Assembly: GCA_947490345.1 (NCBI GenBank) | Contig: CANLGL010000001.1 | Span: 17,399-81,398, forward strand | Reading direction: 5' to 3' | Source of the DNA: Deltaproteobacteria bacterium | GTDB taxonomy: Bacteria > Myxococcota_A > UBA796 > SXON01 | DNA length: 64,000 nt | In this document: one piece after another, positions 7,562 to 18,920 of the stretch | Numbering within the stretch: the first letter of the stretch is position 1 | Layout: each line of letters starts with the position of its first letter | Made by a program: the position numbers and the translations under genes | Notes under the pieces: generated by a model | Told to the model about the DNA's origin: nothing | The model's input: only the letters and a program-made list of their open reading frames with translations | Databases searched by the model: none

Positions 7562-10500
7562 TGCAGCTCCGTGGCCACGTAGAGCGGCCAGTTCTCTTCG
7601 TCTTCGGGCAGGTGGCGGGCGTCGGCGACCATGATGCGAGGGTCGGTGAGCGCCAGGAGGTCCTGCGGCAGGATGCCCAAGGAGAGCGGCCGGCCAAAGG
7701 GGTCGGTGGCAGGGTGTTTTGCGAGTGTCGCCTGCCACAAACCCGCCATCGCCGCGGCGGTGAGGACCTCGCCTTCCGCCGCGTCGGCCTCCCACGCTCG
7801 CACCGCGACGCGCGCCTCCGCGTACAGGGGCCAGAACGCGGCCGCGAGGGGCGTTTCGACGTCCGGCGTCCCGTCCGCCCGAGTCGACACGGCATCCGCC
7901 CCAGGTTGGGCCGGCGGGAGTCCGGTGATGCGAAGAACGGTTGCCTGCAGCGCGTTGTCGCCCGCGATCTGCCCGGTCTGCAGGAGCTTGGCATCCAGGA
8001 ATCCGAACGCAGGGCTGTCGCTCGACGCCAGAACCGTGGTGTCGGCCCAGTCGGCCGCCCCCGGCAGCGGGGCCAGCGCGCGCATCGCGACGTCCACGCC
8101 GGCCAACGTGACGACGGCGGCGGTCGGTCCTGTGCGGCCGGTGGACTTCACCGTGATCGTGCCCTTTTCGCCCGGTTTCCAGGCCGTCTCTGCGGAGAGG
8201 GCCAGGTGCAGCTCCTCGGCCGGCCGCACGTACATCACCGCGCGGGCGCCCCCCCACTCCACGCTCGCGAACCCCGACACGCCCTCCGGGACGGTGAAGT
8301 GGCCGACGCGGGCCTCGGGATCGAAGGTGATCTTTTCCAGGAGGCGGTCGCCCTGCATCAGCCGCAGCTCCTTGGGCAGGGTGCCGGTGAAGCTCTTGCC
8401 ACGGACGGCGGTGAGCTCGATCTCGTCCTTGGGCGCGACCACCACCTCGGAGAAGCGAAGCCGCAGTGGCGGGACCTCGCCGATGGGCATGCGCAGGACC
8501 GTGTCGCCGACGCTCTGCACGTCCACCACGAAGGCAAAGCCGGGCCAGCTGGCCGGGCTGGTTCGGGAGGAGACGGAGCTGGCGCCGACCTGATTCGTGA
8601 TCAACACCACGCCGGCCGCCTCGACGTCGGTGGCGGCCACCCGGAGCCCCGCGAGTGCCCGCTGAACACAGCTGGCAGCCCCGGCCAGTTCGTCGAAGCC
8701 ATCGGCGTCCACCGCCTGAATCCGCACCGTGCTGGCCCCTGCCGCTACTTCCCAGACCCAGGCCTGGGGCAGCGCGCCGCCGACGAGCCCAGATGCGCAC
8801 TCCGGGTGGTCGGCGAGCGCGTCGTCCACCGCCACCTGCACGGCCCCCGCGTCGCCGAAGAAGGCGGACACCTCCGCTTCCAGCGAGGCGGCGCCCTGAT
8901 CGTCGAGCCCAAGCGTCACCGCCACGAGGCGCGGCCCGGAGCCGCGGATGCCCACGCCCGACGCCGCGCCCAGCAGGCACCGGTGCATTCCCGGGCTGAG
9001 CGCGGCTCCCCACAAGTCGCTCACGCCGCCGGCAGTCACCCGCAAGGTGAGCGCTGCAGAGGTCGAGCCTCGGCGCGCGCACGGCCGCCACGCGCGGGTA
9101 AGCCCATCCGCCAAGCCCTCCAGCGCCAGGTCGGCACCACCCGCCACGGCGTCGCTGAGCCCGGAGATCACCACCGGCTCGGGAGGCTTCGTGGGGCGGA
9201 CGGGAAGCGTCGGCTCCGTCACCGTGATCGCCGCGCCGGGATCGAGCTGAAAGCGAGCCACCCCATCGGCATCGGCGACGGCCTCCACACCAGGATCACG
9301 TTTGTCCCACTCCCGCCGCAAGGTCAGCCGCGCTCCTGGAACCGTGGCGCCCGCGGGCGTCGTCACCCGCAGGTACATTCGGTTGTTGGCGTCGGCGACC
9401 AGCCCGCCGCCGAGCTCCGTCACCGCTTCGACCGCGATCGAGTCCTCGCTCAGCAGCAGACTGGCGCTCGCCCCCGCCGTCTCGCCCGCCGCCTCGGTCA
9501 CCGCGGCCGACACCGCCACGGTCACGCGCCCGACCAGATCGTCCGGCACTTCGCCCAGGTCCAGCCGGAAGCGACCTTCGCGATCCGTCGTGAGCGCGAC
9601 CTCGGTCGGCCAGTCGTTGGGCGGCGGCCAGTCGCCGTCGGTGCGCAGCGTCAGCCGAACCGGTCCGTCCTGCACCGGCGCGCCGGAGGTGTAGCGGGCG
9701 ACCCCGTTGAGGCCCAGCCCGGAGGCCGGTCCGAACCACGCCCGGTCAGGAGTGAGCTCGACCGTGAAGCGCGGCAGCCGGAACTCCCGCACCTCGAAGC
9801 TCCGCCGGGTGTTCACGTCCCCGGACTGGAGCCCCACCGTCCAAACTCCGACGGGCGCATCGTCGGCGAGCGGGAACGTGAAGTCAGCGACCCCGGTGGC
9901 CCCGGTGTTGTCCTTTTCCTCGTACGCCAACTCCCCGCTGGGGTCGTAGACCTGCCAGCGGCCCGGTCGTTGGAGCGCGGGCGCCAACGAGCCCGCCTCC
10001 AGCAGCACAGCGCGCGCTTTCACGACCTGGCCGGGCCGGTATAGGGGCGCATCCGTCAGCAGGTGCTCCAGGGCCGGACGGAAAAGGGGCAGCGGTGCGT
10101 CGACGGTCATGCTGCCGCGGGGTCCCTCGGCCCGCGCGCGGAGGATGTAGTCGCCGTCGGGCAGCGCCTCGGGGAGCATGACCGACGCCTCCTGGACCCC
10201 GAGCTCGACCCAGTCCCAGCCACTGCCCCAGCGAGAGTGCAGCACCTCGATCGGGGTCTCGGCGCCTGCCGCATCGACGAGGGTGAGCGTGGGCGAGAAG
10301 CGCCGCAGTGGTTGGGTGTCGATGAGCTGGAGCTGGTCGCCGTAGAGCTGCGCCGATGCGCGCACGCGCACCGTGCCCTTGACTCCCCGCCCGACGCGGT
10401 CGGCTTCCACGGAGAGGCTGGCAATCGCGCCCGCGGGGCACTGGTAGACCACGATGCCGTCGCGCCACCACAAGCTCCAGCACGGACCCAAGACCCACCC

Positions 10501-10581
10501 ACACAGCACGGCCGAGGTGACGAATACGGTCACGACACCGAGGAGCAGTTTTTTTCCAGCGGACATCATCGGAGCCGACAT
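7558..10581 (-). CDS. Alpha-2-macroglobulin/C3-like protein, N-terminal chain (membrane-anchored macroglobulin-domain array)
   Basis: N-terminal TM segment KKLLLGVVTVFVTSAVLCGWVL. MG motifs TDAPLYRPGQVVKARAVLLE, VGVWTVGL, FEVREFRLPRFTVEL and VVTLAGVDVAMRALAP. Its TGA overlaps the ATG of the next gene (ATGA at 7561-7558). Confidence 0.8.
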   Translation of the reverse strand: MSAPMMSAGKKLLLGVVTVFVTSAVLCGWVLGPCWSLWWRDGIVVYQCPAGAIASLSVEADRVGRGVKGTVRVRASAQLYGDQLQLIDTQPLRRFSPTLTLVDAAGAETPIEVLHSRWGSGWDWVELGVQEASVMLPEALPDGDYILRARAEGPRGSMTVDAPLPLFRPALEHLLTDAPLYRPGQVVKARAVLLEAGSLAPALQRPGRWQVYDPSGELAYEEKDNTGATGVADFTFPLADDAPVGVWTVGLQSGDVNTRRSFEVREFRLPRFTVELTPDRAWFGPASGLGLNGVARYTSGAPVQDGPVRLTLRTDGDWPPPNDWPTEVALTTDREGRFRLDLGEVPDDLVGRVTVAVSAAVTEAAGETAGASASLLLSEDSIAVEAVTELGGGLVADANNRMYLRVTTPAGATVPGARLTLRREWDKRDPGVEAVADADGVARFQLDPGAAITVTEPTLPVRPTKPPEPVVISGLSDAVAGGADLALEGLADGLTRAWRPCARRGSTSAALTLRVTAGGVSDLWGAALSPGMHRCLLGAASGVGIRGSGPRLVAVTLGLDDQGAASLEAEVSAFFGDAGAVQVAVDDALADHPECASGLVGGALPQAWVWEVAAGASTVRIQAVDADGFDELAGAASCVQRALAGLRVAATDVEAAGVVLITNQVGASSVSSRTSPASWPGFAFVVDVQSVGDTVLRMPIGEVPPLRLRFSEVVVAPKDEIELTAVRGKSFTGTLPKELRLMQGDRLLEKITFDPEARVGHFTVPEGVSGFASVEWGGARAVMYVRPAEELHLALSAETAWKPGEKGTITVKSTGRTGPTAAVVTLAGVDVAMRALAPLPGAADWADTTVLASSDSPAFGFLDAKLLQTGQIAGDNALQATVLRITGLPPAQPGADAVSTRADGTPDVETPLAAAFWPLYAEARVAVRAWEADAAEGEVLTAAAMAGLWQATLAKHPATDPFGRPLSLGILPQDLLALTDPRIMVADARHLPEDEENWPLYVATELQ

Positions 10582-10639
10582 CTTCTACCCGGCGCGTGCC
10601 GACATCAACGGCCCATCGCGGGTTCCGGTATCACGCAAC

Positions 10640-10747
10640 GGGGGAAGGAGGCGGGGCGCGGCCTCCCCCTACCGCGGCGTACCATCCGGCCTCCAAGCTG
10701 CGCTTTCCGGCCTGCGGTCCCGGGCGCGTTCGAATCACGCGTCGGGA
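10640..10747 (-). repeat. Composite REP-like structured intergenic element, copy a
   Basis: Contains the shared core TACCATCCGGCCTCCAAGCTGCGCTTTCCGGCC, flanked by a G-run/C-run hairpin and by hairpin GGCGCGT-tcgaatc-ACGCGTC. On the minus strand it reads GGTAGGGGG plus a hairpin. Confidence 0.7.
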
Positions 10748-10770
10748 TCGGAAGAATCACGCCGACGTCG

Positions 10771-12342
10771 TCACGCAGATTCGATTCCGAGCAGCTTGCC
10801 GAGGATCACGCGATCGCCCTGCAATGCCGTCCGCTGCATGTAGAACGCGAGGCCGCGCTCGCCACCGAGCTCCTCGCCACCACCGGCCCGGCCCGGGCCG
10901 CCATGGATGCAGCCGGGCAAGACCATCCCCGGTGCGATCACCTGATCGGCCACCTTCGACGAGGTCAACATCATCCGCCCGAGCCACGGCGCGCACTCGA
11001 GCATCATCGTGCCGAGCCAGGCGCGGTCGTCGCCGTAGACCGTCGACATCAGGCTGCCCTGGCCCCTCGCGAGCGCTGCGGAGCCGGCTTCGGCGCTGCC
11101 GTCGTAGGGCACCAGCGAGACCGAGGGGCCGAAGACCTCCAGGTCATGAACCGGGCCGGCCGCGGCGCTCGCCAGGCGAATCACGGTCGGCGCCACGAAG
11201 TAGCCCTTGCCTTCCGGGGCGTGCTTCCCATCGATGCGATCGGGCCCGCCGGTCACGACGCGCCCGTGTTCGGCTATCTGGCGGATGCCGCTCAGCACGT
11301 CGCGCAACTGCGAGGCCGTACTCACCGGTCCCATGCCGACCCCGTCCACCAGCGGGTCCCCGACGGTGATGGCGCTGAGCCCCTCGACGACCGACTCCTC
11401 GAACGCGGCGATGAGCGAGTCTGGGACCATCACGCGGCGGATCGCCGTGCACTTCTGGCCCGCCTTCTGGGTCATGTCGGTCACGACGTGGCGAACGGCG
11501 GTGTTCCACAGCTCCGAGCCGACTTCGACATCGGGGCCGAGCACAGCCGCGTTGAGCGAGTCGGCCTCGACGTTGACGCGCACGCCGCGCTCGGCGAAGC
11601 CCGGGGTGTTCCGCAACATCGCGCCGGTGGCGTTGCTGCCGGTGAACGCCAGCGAGTCCTGGGCGCCGAGCCGGGACAACAGGTCGCCGGTCGAGCCGCA
11701 GATGAGCTGGAACGCGCCCTCGGGGACGAGGCCGCTCTCGACCAGCAGCTCCGTCATCCGGTGGGTGAGCTGCGCGGTGGCCGTCGCCGGTTTGGTCACG
11801 ATGGGTGCCCCGGCGAGCCAGGCGACAGCGGCCTTTTCGAAGGTACCCCAGGCCGGGAAGTTGAACGCGTTGATGTGGACGGCGACGCCCTGCCGCGGCA
11901 GGAGCACATGCTGCCCGCCGAAGCGCGGCGCGCGAGTCAATTGTGCCAACTCCCCGTCGAGGAGCCACGGGCGATCGCCGATCCGCGTCGCAAGCACCTC
12001 ACCGAAGGCAGCGTAGGCCCCCAGCGTCCCGATGGCGCCATCCACGTCGAACTTGGCGTCCCCTCGGGTGCTCCCGCCGTTGATCTGGGCGAGGTCCAGA
12101 AGCTCCTCGCGGTGGGCGTGGAACAGCTTCTGCACACCCTTGATCATCGCCGCGCGCGCCGACCACGGCTGTTTCCGAAGCACCGCGCCGGCTTGGCGAG
12201 CGTGGGCGAGCACGGCGCCGTGGTCGATGCCTTCCGCCGAGGTCTCGGCGATCACGGCTTCGGTGGCGGGATTCACGAGCTGTGCGGGCTTGCCCGTGCC
12301 ATCGAACCAGGCACCCGCGACGTAGGACTTCAGGCGCACCAT
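10771..12342 (-). CDS. paaZ: 3,4-dehydroadipyl-CoA semialdehyde dehydrogenase-like protein (PaaZ aldehyde-dehydrogenase domain only, no MaoC hydratase domain)
   Basis: Long collinear matches to the PaaZ N-domain as I remember it: GVAVHINAFNFPAWG, KPATATAQLTH, VEADSLNAAVLG, TQKAGQKCTAIRRVMVP and HGGPGRAGGGEELGG. Confidence 0.85.
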   Translation of the reverse strand: MVRLKSYVAGAWFDGTGKPAQLVNPATEAVIAETSAEGIDHGAVLAHARQAGAVLRKQPWSARAAMIKGVQKLFHAHREELLDLAQINGGSTRGDAKFDVDGAIGTLGAYAAFGEVLATRIGDRPWLLDGELAQLTRAPRFGGQHVLLPRQGVAVHINAFNFPAWGTFEKAAVAWLAGAPIVTKPATATAQLTHRMTELLVESGLVPEGAFQLICGSTGDLLSRLGAQDSLAFTGSNATGAMLRNTPGFAERGVRVNVEADSLNAAVLGPDVEVGSELWNTAVRHVVTDMTQKAGQKCTAIRRVMVPDSLIAAFEESVVEGLSAITVGDPLVDGVGMGPVSTASQLRDVLSGIRQIAEHGRVVTGGPDRIDGKHAPEGKGYFVAPTVIRLASAAAGPVHDLEVFGPSVSLVPYDGSAEAGSAALARGQGSLMSTVYGDDRAWLGTMMLECAPWLGRMMLTSSKVADQVIAPGMVLPGCIHGGPGRAGGGEELGGERGLAFYMQRTALQGDRVILGKLLGIESA

Positions 12343-12427
12343 GGGAGTTTCCGAGAGGGGCGCCGGATAACCAGAAACTCACCGCCCTGTGCTCGGGCAC
12401 CCGCTACGCTGCGGCCGGAAGCTCCAC

Positions 12428-12554
12428 GGCGTAGCCGAGCTTTTTGAGCCGGCGCGGAGGCGGGCTCGCCGCGGAGGGTGTGGTCGCCGCGGAGGCAGCG
12501 TAGTCGCCTCGAAACGCAGTTTTCCGAGGCGTAGCCAGCTCGAAAAGCAGTTTG
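12428..12554. promoter_or_regulatory. GCGTAG-containing repeated motifs in a divergent intergenic region (candidate operator or REP-like sites)
   Basis: GCGTAGTCGCCTCGAAACGCAGTTT (12498) and GCGTAGCCAGCTCGAAAAGCAGTTT (12529) are direct repeats 31 nt apart. A third GCGTAGCCGAGCTTTTTGAGC lies at 12429. Confidence 0.3.
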
Positions 12555-12702
12555 CGGCTGATCGCGCCGTGGTGAGCGCGAATTGTCGGCGTTGGTTCGT
12601 CGCCCGACCCCCGAATCAGGGCCCACCCGACCAGGGCCATCGCGTCCGGCCGCTTGCGTCGCGACCTCAAGACGCGCACACTGCCGACAGGAGGGCGCCA
12701 TC

Positions 12703-13404
12703 TTGTTCCTTATGCTCTGTTCCATCACCTTCGCGGCGCCGAAGCGGACCCTCGACATCCCCGTGGAGCAGCATTCCAGCTCGGTTCCCATCGCCGCCCA
12801 GCAGCGGTACCTCGCTCGGGCGGTCGCCGCTGCCGTCGCCGAACTCGACTTGCACGCCCTCGAAGATCACGACGTTGCGGTCGATGTCGCCGGTGTCTTG
12901 CAGATGTCGGACGACGCACTGGGGGAGTTCATCCTGCAGGAAATCGAGTCTCACATCTCCCTGGCCGGGGCGCGCGTGGACGAAGACTCCGAAGACCGTC
13001 TCATCGTGCGAGTGGCTCAGGCTGGCCTGGATCGGGTCCTGGAGGGGCGGCGAGTGGAGGTGCCCCGGAAGAAGGGATGGCCGATCGCCCTGATGGCGGC
13101 AGGCAGTTCACTTGCGACGGTCGGTGTCGTCGTCGCCTATTCCGATCCCACGTGGAACGGGGTAGCCGTGCCCGCCGGGGTTGTGGGCACCCTGGCCGCT
13201 GGTGCGGGTGTCGGCTTGCTGTTCCTGCCCCCGAAGCGCGTCGAAGTCGAGTGTGAGGTTTTCCGAGCCAGGGTGACCATCGACACCACGTTCGTTCCGG
13301 CTCGCGGAAAGAGCAAGCGCGCGCACGGGGAGTCCGACATCCTCGTGGACGATGCCGACGCCCCCTGCGACGCCGAAGCGGCGGCGGTCCGGCAGCACCG
13401 CTGA
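12703..13404 (+). CDS. Hypothetical membrane-associated protein
   Basis: AGGAGG at 12688-12693 is followed by an in-frame TTG (12703) or ATG (12712). A hydrophobic pair WPIALMAAGSSLATVGVVVAY / VVGTLAAGAGVGLLFL is present. Codon third positions are G/C-rich. Confidence 0.6.
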   Translation: MFLMLCSITFAAPKRTLDIPVEQHSSSVPIAAQQRYLARAVAAAVAELDLHALEDHDVAVDVAGVLQMSDDALGEFILQEIESHISLAGARVDEDSEDRLIVRVAQAGLDRVLEGRRVEVPRKKGWPIALMAAGSSLATVGVVVAYSDPTWNGVAVPAGVVGTLAAGAGVGLLFLPPKRVEVECEVFRARVTIDTTFVPARGKSKRAHGESDILVDDADAPCDAEAAAVRQHR

Positions 13405-13414
13405 AACCCGCCGC

Positions 13415-16459
<3,045 letters not shown>

Positions 16460-16527
16460 GGGATTCCGGGGTCGGGAGAGTGTACCCGCAATGCCCGCCG
16501 GAAGGTGAATCGATCGGCTGCGGTTAG

Positions 16528-17694
16528 ATGCCCGGCCCCGTGTTCTTGCATCGTCTTTTCTATGTTTTGCAGTTGGGCTCGATGGCCGCGTTGTTGCCCC
16601 TTTTGGGGGGGCGCTTCGAAGCTGCGGGTTTCGACGGGCTGACGATCGGCGGTTTGATGGCGACCTTTCCGCTCGGTCGCCTGCTCGCCGCGCCTTTTTG
16701 GGCGGTCCTGGCCGATCGGTACCGCGTGGCGGGCCTCGTGCTCCGATTGTCTGCGGTCCTGTCCGGTGTCGCAGGGATGGCGTTGGCGCGATCGGAGTCC
16801 ATCCCAGCCTTGGCGGTGGCGATCTTCGTCTTCGCGGCGACGCGCGCGCCGATCGGCTCGGTGCTCGACGCCCTCGTGCTGGGCCGGTTGGCTGAGCTGG
16901 GCCGTCCGACGGCGGAGTACGGACGGATTCGGTTGTGGGGGTCGCTCGGGTTTCTGGCCGGCGTGCTTCTGGCCAGCAACTGGGTGGCGACGGGCTTGCC
17001 GCCGCACCTGCTCGCCGACGCAACGCTCGCGGCGGCCGCCGTGGTCAGCTTCGGCTTTCCGCTGCGAGGGGCCGGTGGGCCCGCTCCGATCATGCCGGCG
17101 CTGCGGGAGCTTGCGGCCTCCCCGTTCCTGGTGCCGCTCCTGGTGACCGGCGCGCTTCAGGCGCTCACGATGTCGGTCTACGACACCTTCTTCTCGGTCC
17201 ACGTCGCTGCCCTCGGGTTGCCTGAGGGCGTCGTCGGCGCGTCGGTGGCGCTCGGGGTCGGCTGCGAGGTGCTCTTGATGAGCTTCGGGCGCCCATTCTT
17301 GCTGCGCGTGGGACCGGCGCGGGGTCTTTTGCTGGCGGCGCTCTCCGGGATCCCCCGCTGGTTGGTCACCGCCACCGTCAGCGATCCCGTCGTGTTGGTC
17401 GCCATCCAGGCGCTCCATGGTTTCGGCTTTGCCCTCTTCTGGCTGTCGGGGGTCCACCGCATGGCGCAGGCCGCGCGGCCAGAGATCGCCGCGTCATCCC
17501 AGAGCCTCTGGGCGGCGGCCACCTACGGCTTTGGCGCGTTGGTCGGGGCGGGGCTGGCCGGGTTCGCGCGTCGTGAGCTGGGCTCGGACGGGATATTCTG
17601 GATGCTCGCTTTCGTCTCGCTCCTGGCGACGGTGAGCGCGGTCTGGTTGTGGCGGGTGGATCGAGCTCACTTCGCCGGCGGGCCGGCGCGCTGA
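16528..17694 (+). CDS. MFS transporter
   Basis: 388 aa with about 12 hydrophobic helices. MFS-like loop motif FPLGRLLAAPFWAVLADRYR. Confidence 0.8.
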   Translation: MPGPVFLHRLFYVLQLGSMAALLPLLGGRFEAAGFDGLTIGGLMATFPLGRLLAAPFWAVLADRYRVAGLVLRLSAVLSGVAGMALARSESIPALAVAIFVFAATRAPIGSVLDALVLGRLAELGRPTAEYGRIRLWGSLGFLAGVLLASNWVATGLPPHLLADATLAAAAVVSFGFPLRGAGGPAPIMPALRELAASPFLVPLLVTGALQALTMSVYDTFFSVHVAALGLPEGVVGASVALGVGCEVLLMSFGRPFLLRVGPARGLLLAALSGIPRWLVTATVSDPVVLVAIQALHGFGFALFWLSGVHRMAQAARPEIAASSQSLWAAATYGFGALVGAGLAGFARRELGSDGIFWMLAFVSLLATVSAVWLWRVDRAHFAGGPAR

Positions 17695-18572
17695 ACGACC
17701 ATCGCAAGTCGCTTGCCGTCGGGACTCACCGCCAGCCGCTTGATCGCCCCGCCGACGCCAGGGAGGTCCGCAAGGGTTTCCCAGGTGGCGCCGGGGCGGG
17801 CGCGCAAGAGCCGCGACCCGTGGGCCATCAAGAGCGATCCGTCGGGGAGCAGCCGAAAGTCCTCACTGCGGGCGTCGTCGCCTTCACCCGGCGCGTTCCG
17901 CGGAACCTGCGCGCGAATCAGGGTGCGGGAGCCCGGCCGCGCGCTGGAGACTGCCCAGGCGTCAGCGACGCTCTTGTCGACGAAGAGCACGTCGCCGCCG
18001 GGGTCGGTGCCGAGGGAGCGGCCGGCGTCGGGAGCCAGCGGTGTGAGGGCGCCAGTCGCCACGTCGGCGAGCACCAGGGCGTGCGGGGGCTCGGCTCCAG
18101 GACCGACGAGCACCAACGCCACATGGCTGGCGTCCACCCAAGCGTGGTAGCCGACGCGCCGCACTGCCGGAAACACCGCAGACACCGCGGTCCCGGCGTC
18201 GTCGTAGCGCCACAGCATCTGCGATTCGGTGTAGGGTTCCGCCTCGGCGTCGGGCGCGGACACGCGGATCGCTGAGAAGCCGCCGCCGGCCAGCGGGGTC
18301 GGGGAGAACTCCGCCTCGGGGGTACGCGTCACGCGGGTGCTGGCGCCCGTGGCGAAGGTGTACCGAAAGACGTCGGTAGGCCCGTTCACGTCGGCAACGT
18401 AGAGCAGGCCCGTTCCGTCGGCCAGGAACGCCGGCTGATTGTCGTAGCCGGCCCGGTTGGTGATGTTGACGGGCACCCCGACCTTTCCCGCGGCGAGGTC
18501 GAGCTCGGCCAGGAAGATGTCGGAGTCCGGCGGAGCCTCGGCGCCGAGGGCCAAGGGAACGAAGAGCCACAT
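17667..18572 (-). CDS. Periplasmic TolB-like beta-propeller (PD40/WD40-like repeats)
   Basis: Signal-like MWLFVPLALGAEA at 18572. Repeats NRAGYDNQPAFLADGTGLLYV, EAEFSPTPL and a C-terminal LAVSPDGKRLAMVV. The longer track start at 18704 would overlap the upstream small gene. Confidence 0.65.
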   Translation of the reverse strand: MWLFVPLALGAEAPPDSDIFLAELDLAAGKVGVPVNITNRAGYDNQPAFLADGTGLLYVADVNGPTDVFRYTFATGASTRVTRTPEAEFSPTPLAGGGFSAIRVSAPDAEAEPYTESQMLWRYDDAGTAVSAVFPAVRRVGYHAWVDASHVALVLVGPGAEPPHALVLADVATGALTPLAPDAGRSLGTDPGGDVLFVDKSVADAWAVSSARPGSRTLIRAQVPRNAPGEGDDARSEDFRLLPDGSLLMAHGSRLLRARPGATWETLADLPGVGGAIKRLAVSPDGKRLAMVVQRAGPPAK

Positions 18573-18586
18573 CCGCCCGGCGTAGC

Positions 18587-18844
18587 TCAGAACCACCCGG
18601 CGCGGGCCAACGAGACGCAGAGACGCGCATCCATCGTCGCCCGTCGCGTCTGGGCCAGCAGTCGTTCCGCTTCGGCGCTGCGCCCCAGCTGGCCGAAGGC
18701 CCACGCCAGGTCGAGGGTCGAGCGGAGGTCGTCGCCCGAGGTCACGTGTTCGTGATGGGGTTCGAGCGCCGATACCACCGCGAGCGCGTTGTTATTTGCC
18801 ACACCCCGCCGGGCCTGGCGGATCGCTTCGGAGAGGTCGGACAT
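18587..18844 (-). CDS. Small hypothetical helical protein (85 aa)
   Basis: ATG at 18844 (MSDLSEAIRQARRGV...). It lies between the TonB-dependent receptor and the TolB-like gene on the same strand. The helix pair is TPR-like. Confidence 0.4.
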   Translation of the reverse strand: MSDLSEAIRQARRGVANNNALAVVSALEPHHEHVTSGDDLRSTLDLAWAFGQLGRSAEAERLLAQTRRATMDARLCVSLARAGWF

Positions 18845-18920
18845 GGGGACGCCTGCCGGGGAGGACGGTAGCATGGACAACGGCGCCCACGCGCGGTTTC
18901 GTGGTCGCGAGTTGTCGTCG

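Noticed and set aside
7562-9091. The N-terminal 500-aa extension of track ORF 5312..9091, and similar extensions at 16460..17023, 57828..58973, 49779..50078, 41426..41596 and 48776..49387.
   Set aside because: The extensions overlap well-supported upstream genes in another frame and translate to Arg-rich nonsense. Internal starts with signal peptides or lipoboxes and start-stop overlaps give much more plausible gene models.
7402-10044. Very long ORFs on the strand or frame opposite to real genes. Examples are 7402..10044 + (880 aa), 5459..7582 +, 2627..4171 -, 10063..12447 +, 15853..17457 -, 50313..51782 -, 58869..60041 -, 59072..60565 - and 62605..63813 -.
   Set aside because: Their translations are Arg/Gly/Pro/Ala-rich low-complexity strings with no motifs. 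They mirror genes that have clear domain signatures. Stop-poor alternative frames of this kind are expected in very GC-rich DNA.
10719-10746. T-arm-like hairpins in the composite repeats (for example GGCGCGT-TCGAATC-ACGCGTC, with loops TTCGAAT, TTCATAA and TTGAATAA), considered as possible tRNA genes or tRNA-derived elements.
   Set aside because: I could not fold acceptor, D or anticodon arms around them, and the flanks are the conserved repeat core instead. They are kept only as part of the repeat description.
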